64,000 bases of DNA, from positions 62,001-126,000 of IMG/VR virus record IMGVR_UViG_3300035703_000006; one strand, given 5' to 3'. Below are positions 1-10,152 of the stretch, one piece after another; position 1 is the first letter of the stretch, and each line of letters opens with the position of its first letter. The notes below the pieces were generated by a model. The model was not told the DNA's origin. It saw only the letters and a list, made by a program, of their open reading frames with translations, and did no database searches. Made by a program: the position numbers and the translations under genes.

Positions 1-1
1 G

Positions 2-481
2 AATTTTATTCAAAAAGGTCGTGCTCTTGGTGAGCTTGGTCACCCAGATGGGCCAACTTTAAATCTTGATAGAGTTTCTCATAAAATCACTATGCTTGAA
101 AAAAATGGTGATAATTTTATAGGAAAAGCAAAAATTCTTGACACTCCAATGGGAAAAATTGCATCTTCACTTCTTGGAGAAGGTGTAATGCTTGGTGTTT
201 CTTCTCGTGGTGTTGGTTCTCTAATTCCAACTAATGAAGGATATTCTTTAGTTGGCGAAGATTTTATGCTTGCCACTGCAGCAGATATTGTTGCAGATCC
301 CTCTGCCCCTGACGCATTTGTAAATGGAATTATGGAAGGAAAGGAGTGGATTTATGATTCAAATAAAAAATCTTGGGTTGCAGAATCAATTAAAAATATT
401 ATTGAAAAAGATGTAAGGCAAAGACAATTGACTGAACAGAGAAGGTTGCAACATTTTGAAAAGTTTTTAGGTATGCTGTAA
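2..481 (+). CDS. gp21: T4-like prohead core protease gp21 (5' truncated by window edge)
   Basis: Frame is open from base 2 (NFIQKGRALGELGHPDGPTLNLDRVSHKIT) and continues into the tracked ORF. It has the ALGELGHP and GVSSRG protease motifs and lies directly upstream of gp22/gp23. Confidence 0.95.
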   Translation, partial: NFIQKGRALGELGHPDGPTLNLDRVSHKITMLEKNGDNFIGKAKILDTPMGKIASSLLGEGVMLGVSSRGVGSLIPTNEGYSLVGEDFMLATAADIVADPSAPDAFVNGIMEGKEWIYDSNKKSWVAESIKNIIEKDVRQRQLTEQRRLQHFEKFLGML

Positions 482-505
482 TTTTATAGTATTAAAATTC
501 TAAAT

Positions 506-513
506 TATAAATA
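506..513 (+). promoter_or_regulatory. T4-type late promoter TATAAATA upstream of gp22
   Basis: Exact TATAAATA 40 nt before the gp22 start. Confidence 0.8.
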
Positions 514-552
514 AATATAGATTTAAGACATTAGTTAAATCGGAGAGTTCAA

Positions 553-1779
553 ATGTCCCGTGGTAAAAACTTACAAGAAATGGAATCAGACACAAAACAA
601 TCTAAAACTGCTGTAAATGCCGGTGCAAAGGCAGCAGAACCAATGCCAAAGTTAACCACAGGAATTCCTGATGGACAAACCGGCAGTTGGGAAGATCTTG
701 GTGGACCAACACCAGAGAATTATCGTTCCGATGACGATTCATCAAAATTAAAAGATCCTTCTACAACTCTAAAGCAAGTAAAAGATGTTGTAACCAAAGG
801 TGCCAAGGCAGCTGAAGGCATGAAGAAAATGGCTTCACCAGTCAAAGAATCTTCAGAGGAAGATGAAGATGAAGAATTAGTTGAAGATGAATATGAGACA
901 GAAGAAGGTGAAGAAGAACTAGAAGAAGCCCATAAAAAAGAATCTAAAAAGGGCGAAGAAGAAAACGAAGACGAAGAAGAAGACGAAGAAGAAGATGATG
1001 AGGAGGAGGAGGATGAAAAAGAAAAAGCAATGAAAGAAGCTTTTGCAGAAATTGAAGAAGAAATTGAAGAAGATGTTTCTGCACTTCTTTCCGGTGAAGA
1101 TCTTTCTGAAGATTTTAAAGTAAAAGCAAAAACTGTTTTTGAAGCAGCATTGAATGCTAGAACTCAGCAGATCGAAGAAGCAATTCAATATCACTATGAG
1201 CAAAGACTCGTAGAGGAAATTGAATTAGTCAAAGAAGAATTGACAGATAGACTTGATTCCTATCTTGAATATGTTTCAGATGAATGGATTCAAGAAAATG
1301 CTCTTGCTATTGAGCAAGGCATTAAAACTGAAATGACTGAGAGTTTTCTCTCAGGAATGAAAAATCTTTTTGAAGAACATTATGTATCAATCCCTGAAGA
1401 AAAATATAATGTAATTGAGAGTATGGTAGATAAACTTGATGAAATGGAGACTAAACTCAACGAGCAAATCGAAAGAAATGTTGCTCTAAATAAGAGATTA
1501 GCAGAATCAGTTACTGATGTAATTTTTGCTGATGTCACTGAGGGTCTTGCTCTTTCTCAGAAAGACAAACTCGCTTCTCTTGCCGAAAATGTTGAGTTTG
1601 ATAGTGAAGAAGACTATCGTGAGAAACTAGTAACTCTCAGGGAATCTTATTTCCCAAGATATGCTGGTACTCAACTAGATAACTCAGATTATATCGCAGA
1701 AGGTATGGAGTATCATCAAGAGGTTTCAGGGTCAATGGCCCATTATCTTGATGCACTTGGAAGAGTTTCTAAGAAGTGA
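553..1779 (+). CDS. gp22: Prohead core scaffold protein gp22
   Basis: Very acidic coiled-coil protein with motifs KAKTVFEAA and YLEYVSDEW; sits between gp21 and gp23. Confidence 0.93.
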   Translation: MSRGKNLQEMESDTKQSKTAVNAGAKAAEPMPKLTTGIPDGQTGSWEDLGGPTPENYRSDDDSSKLKDPSTTLKQVKDVVTKGAKAAEGMKKMASPVKESSEEDEDEELVEDEYETEEGEEELEEAHKKESKKGEEENEDEEEDEEEDDEEEEDEKEKAMKEAFAEIEEEIEEDVSALLSGEDLSEDFKVKAKTVFEAALNARTQQIEEAIQYHYEQRLVEEIELVKEELTDRLDSYLEYVSDEWIQENALAIEQGIKTEMTESFLSGMKNLFEEHYVSIPEEKYNVIESMVDKLDEMETKLNEQIERNVALNKRLAESVTDVIFADVTEGLALSQKDKLASLAENVEFDSEEDYREKLVTLRESYFPRYAGTQLDNSDYIAEGMEYHQEVSGSMAHYLDALGRVSKK

Positions 1780-1828
1780 TTTTTAAATTATAAACAATCA
1801 AACTAAAACTTTTAAAGAGGTAAAAAAA

Positions 1829-3262
1829 ATGCAAATGTTCAACGCAGAGCATCTGCAGGAGAAGTGGTCACCACTCCTTGATTATCAGGGTCTAGACCCA
1901 ATCAAAGATTCACATCGCAGAATGGTAACTGCAGTTCTCCTGGAGAATCAAGAAAAATTCCTTCGTGAAGAAAGATCATTTCTTTACGAAACTGGTGCTC
2001 CAACAAGCACAACAGGTTCAACATCCAATACTGCTGGTTTCTCCGGTGGTGCCGTAGCAGGTGGTCCAGTAGCAGGTTTCGACCCTGTTCTGATCTCTCT
2101 GATTCGTCGTTCAATGCCTAACCTGGTCGCATATGACCTCGCAGGTGTTCAACCAATGAATGGTCCTACAGGACTCATCTTCGCAATGCGTTCACGTTAT
2201 ACCAACCAGTCTGGTTCTGAAGCATTCTTTGATGAAGTTGATACTCAGTTCTCTGGTAGAAAGGGTAATCAATCTCAGTATGCAGTCAATCCCGTTGTTG
2301 AAGCTAACGTAGGTTTCGGTACTACTGCTGCTCAAACAGGAAACAATCCTGGTCTTCTAAGTGCTGGTGGTGGACAGCAAGATTATAACGTTGGTGGTGG
2401 TATGTCCACTGCTGATGCAGAAATTCTTGGATCTGATTCTGGTGCAGCATTTAACGAAATGGCATTCTCAATCGAGAAAGTCACCGTTACTGCAAAGTCA
2501 AGAGCACTGAAAGCCGAGTATTCACTTGAGCTTGCACAAGACCTTAAGGCAATTCACGGATTGAATGCTGAGGCAGAACTTGCTAACATTCTCTCAACTG
2601 AAATCCTCGCAGAAATCAATAGAGAAGTTATCAGAACTATCTACAAGACTGCAGAAACTGGTGCTCAGCATAACGTTGCTACCGCAGGTACTTTTGACCT
2701 CGACATCGACTCCAATGGTCGTTGGTCGGTTGAGAAGTTCAAGGGTCTGATCTTCCAGATCGAAAGAGATGCAAACGCAATTGCTCAGCGTACTCGTAGA
2801 GGAAAGGGCAACATCATTATGTGCTCATCTGATGTTGCTTCTGCACTTTCAATGGCTGGTCTCCTTGACTACACCCCTGCACTTAATGCAAATCTTAACG
2901 TAGATGATACTGGCAATACATTTGCTGGTGTTCTCAACGGTAAGTATCGTGTATATATTGACCCATATTCAGGTGGTTCAAACCCAAGTGCTTCTGGTGG
3001 TCAGTATTATGTTGTTGGTTATAAGGGTTCTTCCCCTTATGACGCAGGACTCTTCTACTGCCCATACGTTCCTCTCCAAATGGTTCGTGCCGTTGGTGAG
3101 AACACCTTCCAGCCTAAGATCGGATTCAAGACCCGTTATGGTCTTGTTGCTAATCCATTTGCTGAAGGTAAGTCATCTTCTGCACCTGAATCCACTCTGG
3201 GTCGTATTCAAACTAATAGCAACCGCTACTACAGAAGAGTATTGGTTAAGAATCTTATGTGA
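1829..3262 (+). CDS. gp23: Major capsid protein gp23
   Basis: LISLIRRSMPNLVAYDLAGVQPMNGPTGLIFAMRSRY, KSRALKAEYSLELAQDLKAIHGL and FQPKIGFKTRYG are hallmark gp23 motifs. Confidence 0.99.
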   Translation: MQMFNAEHLQEKWSPLLDYQGLDPIKDSHRRMVTAVLLENQEKFLREERSFLYETGAPTSTTGSTSNTAGFSGGAVAGGPVAGFDPVLISLIRRSMPNLVAYDLAGVQPMNGPTGLIFAMRSRYTNQSGSEAFFDEVDTQFSGRKGNQSQYAVNPVVEANVGFGTTAAQTGNNPGLLSAGGGQQDYNVGGGMSTADAEILGSDSGAAFNEMAFSIEKVTVTAKSRALKAEYSLELAQDLKAIHGLNAEAELANILSTEILAEINREVIRTIYKTAETGAQHNVATAGTFDLDIDSNGRWSVEKFKGLIFQIERDANAIAQRTRRGKGNIIMCSSDVASALSMAGLLDYTPALNANLNVDDTGNTFAGVLNGKYRVYIDPYSGGSNPSASGGQYYVVGYKGSSPYDAGLFYCPYVPLQMVRAVGENTFQPKIGFKTRYGLVANPFAEGKSSSAPESTLGRIQTNSNRYYRRVLVKNLM

Positions 3263-3282
3263 GTTTTATCACATTACATCAA

Positions 3283-3308
3283 GAGGTCCGAAAGGACCTC
3301 TTTTTTTA
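3283..3308 (+). terminator. Intrinsic terminator after gp23
   Basis: GAGGTCC-GAAA-GGACCTC followed by a T run. Confidence 0.9.
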
Positions 3309-3329
3309 TGCAAATAAATAAAAATAAAA

Positions 3330-3872
3330 ATGGCTCAGAGTCCTTGGTCAAAACAAATTGATAATAGAAATTTTTTATCCCCTGTAGGATTTAAATTTAC
3401 CTTATCCGAATATCCTAAAGTTGATTTTTTTTCTAATTCATCACAAATTCCAGGAATAAACTTAGGAGTTTCAATTCAATCAAATTATTTAAAAGATATT
3501 CCAATTCCTGGAGATAAAATTTCCTATGATGATTTTTCTTTTGAATTTTATGTAGATGAAAATTTACAAAATTATTTACAAATACATAACTGGATAAGAG
3601 GACTCGGATACCCAAATAGTGTTTCAGAATTTCAAAATTTATTAAATTCTGATGAATTTAATCCAGGAGTTCAAGATGCTAATTTCGGACAATCTGATGG
3701 AAGTTTAATCATCTATAATAGCAATTATAATCCCATAGGACAAGTAAATTTTAGAGGATTATTTCCAGTTTCCTTATCTACTTTAGATTTTACTGCAAAG
3801 GCACAAGATATAAATTTTTTGACTGCAAATGTAACATTCAAATATACTTTATACGATATAATCGTTTATTAA
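3330..3872 (+). CDS. gp3: Tail tube terminator / tail completion protein (gp3, gp19-like fold)
   Basis: NRNFLSPVGFKF, F.VDENLQNYLQIHNWIRGLG and TANVTFKYTLY motifs; usual position after gp23 in cyanomyoviruses. Confidence 0.85.
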   Translation: MAQSPWSKQIDNRNFLSPVGFKFTLSEYPKVDFFSNSSQIPGINLGVSIQSNYLKDIPIPGDKISYDDFSFEFYVDENLQNYLQIHNWIRGLGYPNSVSEFQNLLNSDEFNPGVQDANFGQSDGSLIIYNSNYNPIGQVNFRGLFPVSLSTLDFTAKAQDINFLTANVTFKYTLYDIIVY

Positions 3873-3876
3873 ACTT

Positions 3877-4305
3877 ATGGACATTGATGAAATTCAAACA
3901 TTATGGGAAGAGGATTCAAAAATAGATCCAGATAATCTACATCAAGAATCACTTAAAATTCCTTCTTTACATTCAAAATATTATAAAATATACAATAATA
4001 TTATTCTTCTTAAAAAAATGGAAGAAAATAAATACAAAATTCTTAGGAAGGAAAAATGGTTATATTATTCAGGAAAAGCAGAACCAGAAGTATATAAAAA
4101 TAATCCTTTTGATCATAAAGTATTAAAACCAGATTTAGATAAGTATATGGATGCTGATTCTGATTTACTCAAAATTGCATCTAAAATTGAATACTATCAA
4201 ACTATGATAAATTATTTGGATAGTATTTTAAAGACAATATTAAATAGAACTTATCAAATCAAAAATGCTATTGAATATATGAGATTTACTGCAGGATATG
4301 ACTAA
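3877..4305 (+). CDS. uvsY: Recombination mediator UvsY
   Basis: SLKIPSLHSKY, KWLYYSGKA and RTYQIKNAIE motifs; precedes uvsW. Confidence 0.9.
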   Translation: MDIDEIQTLWEEDSKIDPDNLHQESLKIPSLHSKYYKIYNNIILLKKMEENKYKILRKEKWLYYSGKAEPEVYKNNPFDHKVLKPDLDKYMDADSDLLKIASKIEYYQTMINYLDSILKTILNRTYQIKNAIEYMRFTAGYD

Positions 4306-5761
4306 CATTATTATACAAAAAAAGAACGAAATATACTTAAAGGTGGAAACTGAGCCACACATCCATCAAGAACTTTTTGATTATTTTACTTTTGAGGTTC
4401 CTGGTGCAAAATTTATGCCTCAATATAGGAGTAAATATTGGGATGGAAAAATTAGATTATACAGCAGTCATACTGGAGAGATTTATGTTGGTTTGCTTGA
4501 TAAATTAGTTGCTTGGGCAAAGAGATACGAATATTCAGTAGAATTTAAAGAAAATAAATTTTATGGATTGCCATTTGAAGAAAATGAAATGATTTCTTTA
4601 AATGGTATTTCTGATTATATGAATAAAATTTCAAAACATCAACCAAGAGATTATCAAATTGATGCTGTTTATGATGCTTTAAGATACAATCGTAAACTTT
4701 TAATATCCCCAACAGCATCTGGAAAATCACTAATGATTTATACGATTGTAAGATATTTTGTAGATAACAATAAAAATATTTTATTAATTGTTCCAACTAC
4801 ATCATTGGTTGAACAAATGGTAAAAGATTTTACAGATTATGGTTGGGATTCTGATAATTATTGTCATAAAATTTATTCTGGAAAAGAAAAAATTACAAAT
4901 AAACCAGTAGTAGTTACGACTTGGCAATCAATTTATAATCTTCCTAGATCTTTTTATGAAAACTTTGATGTTGTAATTGGAGATGAAGCACATCAATTTA
5001 AATCAAAGTCTCTTGTGGGCATTATGACCAAGATGGATAATGCAAAATATAGATTTGGGTTCACTGGAACTTTAGACGGGTCACAGACGCATAAGTGGGT
5101 ACTTGAGGGACTTTTTGGTCCATCATATAAAGTCACTCAAACAAAAGAACTAATTGAAAAAGGACATCTTTCAAAATTACAAATTAAAATATTATTATTA
5201 AAACACAATTCTCAACAATTCAATGAATATGAGGAAGAAGTTCAATATATCATTGGAAATGAAAAGAGAAACAATTTTATTAAAAATCTTGTATTAGATT
5301 TAAAAGGAAATAGTCTAGTTCTTTTTAATCGTGTCGAATCTCATGGACAAATTCTATATGAACTTATAAATAATTCAGCTTCAAAAAAAAGAAAAGTATT
5401 TTTTGTCCACGGCGGAGTTGACACTGAAACAAGAGAAAAAATAAGAGAAATCACAGAAAAAGAAAATGATGCAATTATTGTTGCATCTTATGGAACATTT
5501 AGCACTGGTATTAATATTAAAAATCTTCATAATGTAATTTTTGCTTCACCATCAAAATCAAGAATTCGCAATCTTCAATCAATAGGTAGAGTTTTAAGAA
5601 AAGGAGAAAACAAAAACAAAGCAATACTTTATGATATTGCAGATGATGCAACATACAAATCAAGAAAAAATTATACTCTTAATCATTTAATCGAAAGAAT
5701 TAAAATATACAATGAGGAAAAATTTAATTATGAAATTTTACAAATTAATTTTAAAAAATAA
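4298..5761 (+). CDS. uvsW: SF2 DNA helicase UvsW
   Basis: SPTASGKS Walker A, GDEAH, QSIGRVLR motif VI, and N-terminal FEVPGAKFMP..KYWDGKIRL. Confidence 0.96.
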   Translation: MTNIIIQKKNEIYLKVETEPHIHQELFDYFTFEVPGAKFMPQYRSKYWDGKIRLYSSHTGEIYVGLLDKLVAWAKRYEYSVEFKENKFYGLPFEENEMISLNGISDYMNKISKHQPRDYQIDAVYDALRYNRKLLISPTASGKSLMIYTIVRYFVDNNKNILLIVPTTSLVEQMVKDFTDYGWDSDNYCHKIYSGKEKITNKPVVVTTWQSIYNLPRSFYENFDVVIGDEAHQFKSKSLVGIMTKMDNAKYRFGFTGTLDGSQTHKWVLEGLFGPSYKVTQTKELIEKGHLSKLQIKILLLKHNSQQFNEYEEEVQYIIGNEKRNNFIKNLVLDLKGNSLVLFNRVESHGQILYELINNSASKKRKVFFVHGGVDTETREKIREITEKENDAIIVASYGTFSTGINIKNLHNVIFASPSKSRIRNLQSIGRVLRKGENKNKAILYDIADDATYKSRKNYTLNHLIERIKIYNEEKFNYEILQINFKK

Positions 5762-6154
5762 ATGGAAGAAGAGTTTTACGGAATTATAAAATTAACTTCT
5801 GGAGAAGAAGTTTTTTCAAAGATATGCCCTTGTGAAGATGATGATGAAACTTTTTTAATGTTAGATTGTCCGGTAACTATGGAAACGATTGTAGTTCGTC
5901 ATTTAGGAATGACTACAATTAAAGTAAGTCCTTGGATTAAAATGAGTGATGAAGATTTATTCATTGTAAAAATGGATAAAATTATAACAATTACAGAAGT
6001 CTCAGATAAAGACTTAATTAAAATGCATACAAAATATGTAAAAGATAAAAATAGAAAATCAAATAAAACAAAGTTATCAGAAAAAATGGGATATCTTTCT
6101 AACATTGCTGATGCCAGAATATCCTTAGAGAAGTTATATAAGTCTAATAACTAA
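5762..6154 (+). CDS. Conserved T4-like cyanophage hypothetical protein (Sm-like N-terminus IKLTSGEEV)
   Basis: 130-aa ORF abutting uvsW, in the usual slot before gp55. Confidence 0.75.
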   Translation: MEEEFYGIIKLTSGEEVFSKICPCEDDDETFLMLDCPVTMETIVVRHLGMTTIKVSPWIKMSDEDLFIVKMDKIITITEVSDKDLIKMHTKYVKDKNRKSNKTKLSEKMGYLSNIADARISLEKLYKSNN

Positions 6155-6187
6155 AAGATATAATTTATCTTCAACCCTAACAGAGTG

Positions 6188-6216
6188 ATTTTAATTGTAT
6201 TTTATTTGTTTGTCAA
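6188..6216 (-). promoter_or_regulatory. Antisense sigma70-like promoter (TTGACA-17 bp-TAAAAT on minus strand)
   Basis: Minus strand reads TTGACA (6216-6211), a 17-nt spacer, then TAAAAT (6193-6188). Confidence 0.5.
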
Positions 6217-6276
6217 GTTCTCATTGATGTGGTAAAATTGTAGTTATTATCGGTAGTCTTACTCTCTCCTTTACAA

Positions 6277-6747
6277 ATGAATAAAATCAAAAAGAATCCG
6301 CATTACGTAAACAATAAAGACTTTTATGATGCTTTATTGGTTTATAAGAATAAAGTTAAAGCAGCAAAAGAACAAGATTTGCCAGCTCCACCAATAACAA
6401 ATTATCTTGGAGATTGCTTTCTTAAAATAGCAACTCATTTATCTTATCGTCCCAATTTTGTAAATTACATTTTTCGGGAGGATATGATTAGTGATGGAGT
6501 TGAAAATTGTGTTCAATATATTAATAATTTTGATGTAAATAGATCAAATCCATTTGCATATTTTACACAAATTGTATATTATGCTTTCTTGCGTCGTATT
6601 CAAAAAGAGAAAAAGCAGATGGAAATCAAAGAGAAAATTATTGAAAGAAGTGGATATGAGCAGTTATTTTATGTGGATGATGACTCTCCAAATTCTTCTG
6701 ACTATAATACAATCAAAGAAAACATTCAAATGAAATCATATCAATGA
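6277..6747 (+). CDS. gp55: Late transcription sigma factor gp55
   Basis: HYVNNKDF, YLGDCFLKIATHLSYRPNFVNY, DMISDGVENC and NPFAYFTQI motifs. Confidence 0.97.
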   Translation: MNKIKKNPHYVNNKDFYDALLVYKNKVKAAKEQDLPAPPITNYLGDCFLKIATHLSYRPNFVNYIFREDMISDGVENCVQYINNFDVNRSNPFAYFTQIVYYAFLRRIQKEKKQMEIKEKIIERSGYEQLFYVDDDSPNSSDYNTIKENIQMKSYQ

Positions 6748-7784
6748 AAATCGGACTTATAACTGACACTCATTATAATTTTCGTAAAGCTAATAAAGCA
6801 TTTCACGAATATTTTGAAAAATTTTATAATGATATATTTTTTCCAACTTTAAAGAAAAATAAAATTAAAGTAGTTGTTCACCTTGGTGATGCCTTTGATA
6901 ATCGCAAGGGAGTTGATTACTGGGCATTGCAGTGGGCAAAGAAAAATGTATATGATAAGTTTGAAGAACTTGGAATTAAAGTTTATAGTATTGTTGGAAA
7001 TCACGATGCGTACTATAAAAATACGAATGAAGTAAATTCAATTGATGTTTTATTGAATGAGTATTCAAATATCGTAAAAATATCAGAACCAATTCAAACT
7101 CAAATTGGTGATACTGAATGTGTTTTCTTGCCTTGGATTTGTTCTGACAATGAGAAAGAAGTATTCTCTTTGCTGGAAAAGACAAGTGCAAAGGTTCTAT
7201 TTGGTCACTTGGAATTATCTGGGTTTTCTGTTTATCCAGGACACGTACAGGAAAATGGATTAAGTAAAAATATATTTCAAAAATTTGATAGAGTTTTTTC
7301 TGGTCACTATCATACTTCTAGTAATGATGGAAAAATCTTTTACTTAGGAAATCCATATCAAATGTTTTGGTCGGATGTAAATGATAAAAGAGGATTTCAT
7401 ATTTTAGATACTGATGATTATTCTTTACAAAGAATTGAAAATCCTTATACAATGTTTGAAAAAGTTTACTATAATGATGAATGCGAAGATATTGATTTTT
7501 CCTTATTAAAAAACAAAATGGTTAAACTTTTTGTTGAAAAAAAAGAAAATCATCTAAAGTTTGACAAATTTGTAAGTCAAATTATGAATGCAAATCCTAT
7601 AGAGTTTAAGATTGTTGAAAATTTTGATGTTTATGACGAAAATGTAAATAATGAACAATTTTCGGCAGAAGATACACTTAGCATTTTGGATAAATATGTT
7701 GAAGAAGCTGAATTTAGTTTGGATAAAACAATTATTAAAAATCTTCTAAGAGATGTTTATAAAGAAGCATTAGAAATAGAATAA
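6744..7784 (+). CDS. gp47: Recombination endonuclease subunit gp47 (Mre11/SbcD-like)
   Basis: Metallophosphoesterase motifs DTH, GDAFD, GNHD, GH and SGHYH. Confidence 0.95.
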   Translation: MKIGLITDTHYNFRKANKAFHEYFEKFYNDIFFPTLKKNKIKVVVHLGDAFDNRKGVDYWALQWAKKNVYDKFEELGIKVYSIVGNHDAYYKNTNEVNSIDVLLNEYSNIVKISEPIQTQIGDTECVFLPWICSDNEKEVFSLLEKTSAKVLFGHLELSGFSVYPGHVQENGLSKNIFQKFDRVFSGHYHTSSNDGKIFYLGNPYQMFWSDVNDKRGFHILDTDDYSLQRIENPYTMFEKVYYNDECEDIDFSLLKNKMVKLFVEKKENHLKFDKFVSQIMNANPIEFKIVENFDVYDENVNNEQFSAEDTLSILDKYVEEAEFSLDKTIIKNLLRDVYKEALEIE

Positions 7785-8071
7785 TGTATATACTATCAAT
7801 TAAAGAACAAGAAGATGAAGGTGCTTATGCAGTATTGAATGAAGACGGAGATAAGACTTTGTATATTTTTGAGGAAGAAGATGACGCTTATAGATACGCT
7901 GGACTTTTGGAAGCAGAAGATTATCCAGAAATGTCTGTAGTTGAAGTAGAAGATGAAGTAGCAATAAAAACCTGTGAAGTGTATGGATATAGTTATGCTA
8001 TAATTACCCCTAATGACTTTGTAATACCCCCACGAGATTATGATTCTGTTCAAAAAAATTTCATATCGTAA
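7784..8071 (+). CDS. DUF3110-like hypothetical protein
   Basis: FEEEDDAYRYAGLLEAEDYP resembles the cyanobacterial DUF3110 family; lies between gp47 and gp46. Confidence 0.6.
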   Translation: MYILSIKEQEDEGAYAVLNEDGDKTLYIFEEEDDAYRYAGLLEAEDYPEMSVVEVEDEVAIKTCEVYGYSYAIITPNDFVIPPRDYDSVQKNFIS

Positions 8072-9755
8072 TTTTTTATCATCTGGAAATCAACCAACAC
8101 AAATTAATTTGGTTGACAATCAAACAACATTGATTGTTGGTTCTAATGGTTCAGGAAAAAGTACCTTGCTGGATGCTTTATGTTTTGTTCTGTTCAACAA
8201 AGCATTCCGAAAAATTACAAAACCTCAACTTATAAATTCAACTAATTCTAAAGATTGTTTGGTTGAAATTGAATTTAGTATTGGTACTAAAGAATATAAA
8301 GTAGTAAGAGGAATCAAACCAAATATTTTTGAAATTTGGATTGATGGTGTATTACAAAATCAATCTTCTGCTACTACTGACCAACAAAAACAATTAGAGG
8401 AAAGTATTCTTAAATTGAATTATAAATCTTTTACTCAGATTGTGATTCTTGGTAGTGCCTCTTTTGTTCCTTTTATGCAACTCTCTGCTGCAACAAGAAG
8501 GGAAATTGTAGAAGATTTGTTGGATATAAAAATATTTTCTTCTATGAATTCTGTAATTAAAGATAAGATACGTAAATTCAATGAAGAAATAAAAGATTCA
8601 TCTTTTCTTGAAAAATCAACAGAAGAAAAGATTGAAATGCAAAAAAGTTTTATTGAAGAACTTGAGAATCGTGGTAATGCCAATATCAATACCAATAAAG
8701 AAAAGATTGCCAAGTTAGATGCCGAAGTTGCTGATTGCATGACACATATCTCTATAGTTGAGGCATGTCTTTTCAATAAAACTAAATTACAAGAAGAAGT
8801 TATTGGTGCAGGGGATAAGTTGCTGAAACTTAATAATTTAAAAGGCAAAATCTCTCAAAAAGTATCTACAATTACTAAAGAGCATAAGTTTTTTACTGAA
8901 AATTCGGTCTGCCCTACCTGCACTCAGACTATTGAAGAAGAGTTTCGGTTAAATAGAATTACGGACGCTCAAAATAAAGCAAAGGAACTCCAAAAAGGTT
9001 ATCAAGATCTTGAGGAGACTATAAAAGTAGAACAAGAGAGAGAGCGTCAATTCGTTGCTCTATCTACGGAGATTGCAAAACTTACAAATGAGATTTCTCA
9101 AAACAATACTCGGATTTCATTCAACCAAAAACAAATTAGAGATCTTGGAAATGAAATTCAAACTATTACCGAACAATTTAAAAACAGAAATTCTGAAAGA
9201 GATGAATTAAAAAAGTTAGAACAAAAACTTACAGAAATAGTAACAAATAAATCTAAACAAAAAGAAAATATTTCAAATTATGAATTTCTCCATTTGCTAA
9301 TGAAAGATGGAGGGATAAAGGCAAAAATTATACAAAATTATTTGCCTACAATGAATCAACTCATTAATAAGTATTTGCAGTTGATGGATTTTTACATTAA
9401 CTTTACTTTTGATGAAGAATTTAAAGAACTTATAAAATCTCCAATCTATGAAGATTTTAGTTACGAGTCTTTTAGTGAAGGAGAAAAAATGAGAATCAAT
9501 CTCTCAATTTTATTTACCTGGAGGGAAATTGCGAGACTTAAGAATTCTGTAAATACAAATCTCCTTATTTTGGATGAGGTTTTTGATAGTTCTTTGGATT
9601 TTGCTGGAACTGATTATTTTACACGTATCATTAAATTTATTATTAGTAATACTAATGTATTTGTTATATCACATAAGACAGATGAATTAATTGATAAATT
9701 TGATAAAGTAATTAAATTTGAAAAAGTAAAAGGATTTAGTAAAATGATTGACTGA
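8040..9755 (+). CDS. gp46: Recombination ATPase gp46 (Rad50/SbcC-like)
   Basis: GSNGSGKST Walker A, CPTC zinc hook, FSEGEK signature and LILDEVFD Walker B. Confidence 0.97.
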   Translation: MILFKKISYRNFLSSGNQPTQINLVDNQTTLIVGSNGSGKSTLLDALCFVLFNKAFRKITKPQLINSTNSKDCLVEIEFSIGTKEYKVVRGIKPNIFEIWIDGVLQNQSSATTDQQKQLEESILKLNYKSFTQIVILGSASFVPFMQLSAATRREIVEDLLDIKIFSSMNSVIKDKIRKFNEEIKDSSFLEKSTEEKIEMQKSFIEELENRGNANINTNKEKIAKLDAEVADCMTHISIVEACLFNKTKLQEEVIGAGDKLLKLNNLKGKISQKVSTITKEHKFFTENSVCPTCTQTIEEEFRLNRITDAQNKAKELQKGYQDLEETIKVEQERERQFVALSTEIAKLTNEISQNNTRISFNQKQIRDLGNEIQTITEQFKNRNSERDELKKLEQKLTEIVTNKSKQKENISNYEFLHLLMKDGGIKAKIIQNYLPTMNQLINKYLQLMDFYINFTFDEEFKELIKSPIYEDFSYESFSEGEKMRINLSILFTWREIARLKNSVNTNLLILDEVFDSSLDFAGTDYFTRIIKFIISNTNVFVISHKTDELIDKFDKVIKFEKVKGFSKMID

Positions 9756-9771
9756 CCTTTGATTCTTTGAT

Positions 9772-10152
9772 ATGATTGGTAAAGGTTGCTATGACTTCTT
9801 TACTATGTTTGGACCAGAAGATGAAAAAAATTTCAATGAATTTATACTTACTATGACTGACAATACAAATGCTAATGGTTTCTGGAAATATAATGAAGAT
9901 AAAATCCTGAAACAACTTGAGCAATATATTGCTGGTACTTATAGTCAGCATTATGTTGATCGTACTGGTGGAGGAACAGAGCAAACACTTGATAAGATTA
10001 AACATAATCGTCGTGAAGGGTTTTGTGCTGGTAACGTGACCAAGTATATTGATAGGTATGATACAAAAGGAACTCCTCGTGCTGATCTATTCAAAGTTTT
10101 GCATTACACAATTCTTTTGATTAATCATCTAAATCTTATTGAAAACAAATGA
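9772..10152 (+). CDS. Conserved phage hypothetical protein (DUF3310-like); true start may be a downstream ATG (MTDN...)
   Basis: YSQHY, GFCAGNVTKYIDRY..KG and DLFKVLHY pattern. Confidence 0.6.
   Translation: MIGKGCYDFFTMFGPEDEKNFNEFILTMTDNTNANGFWKYNEDKILKQLEQYIAGTYSQHYVDRTGGGTEQTLDKIKHNRREGFCAGNVTKYIDRYDTKGTPRADLFKVLHYTILLINHLNLIENK

Noticed and set aside
841-1080. GAA-rich repeats in gp22
   Set aside because: Low-complexity acidic linker typical of scaffold proteins; not a DNA repeat element.
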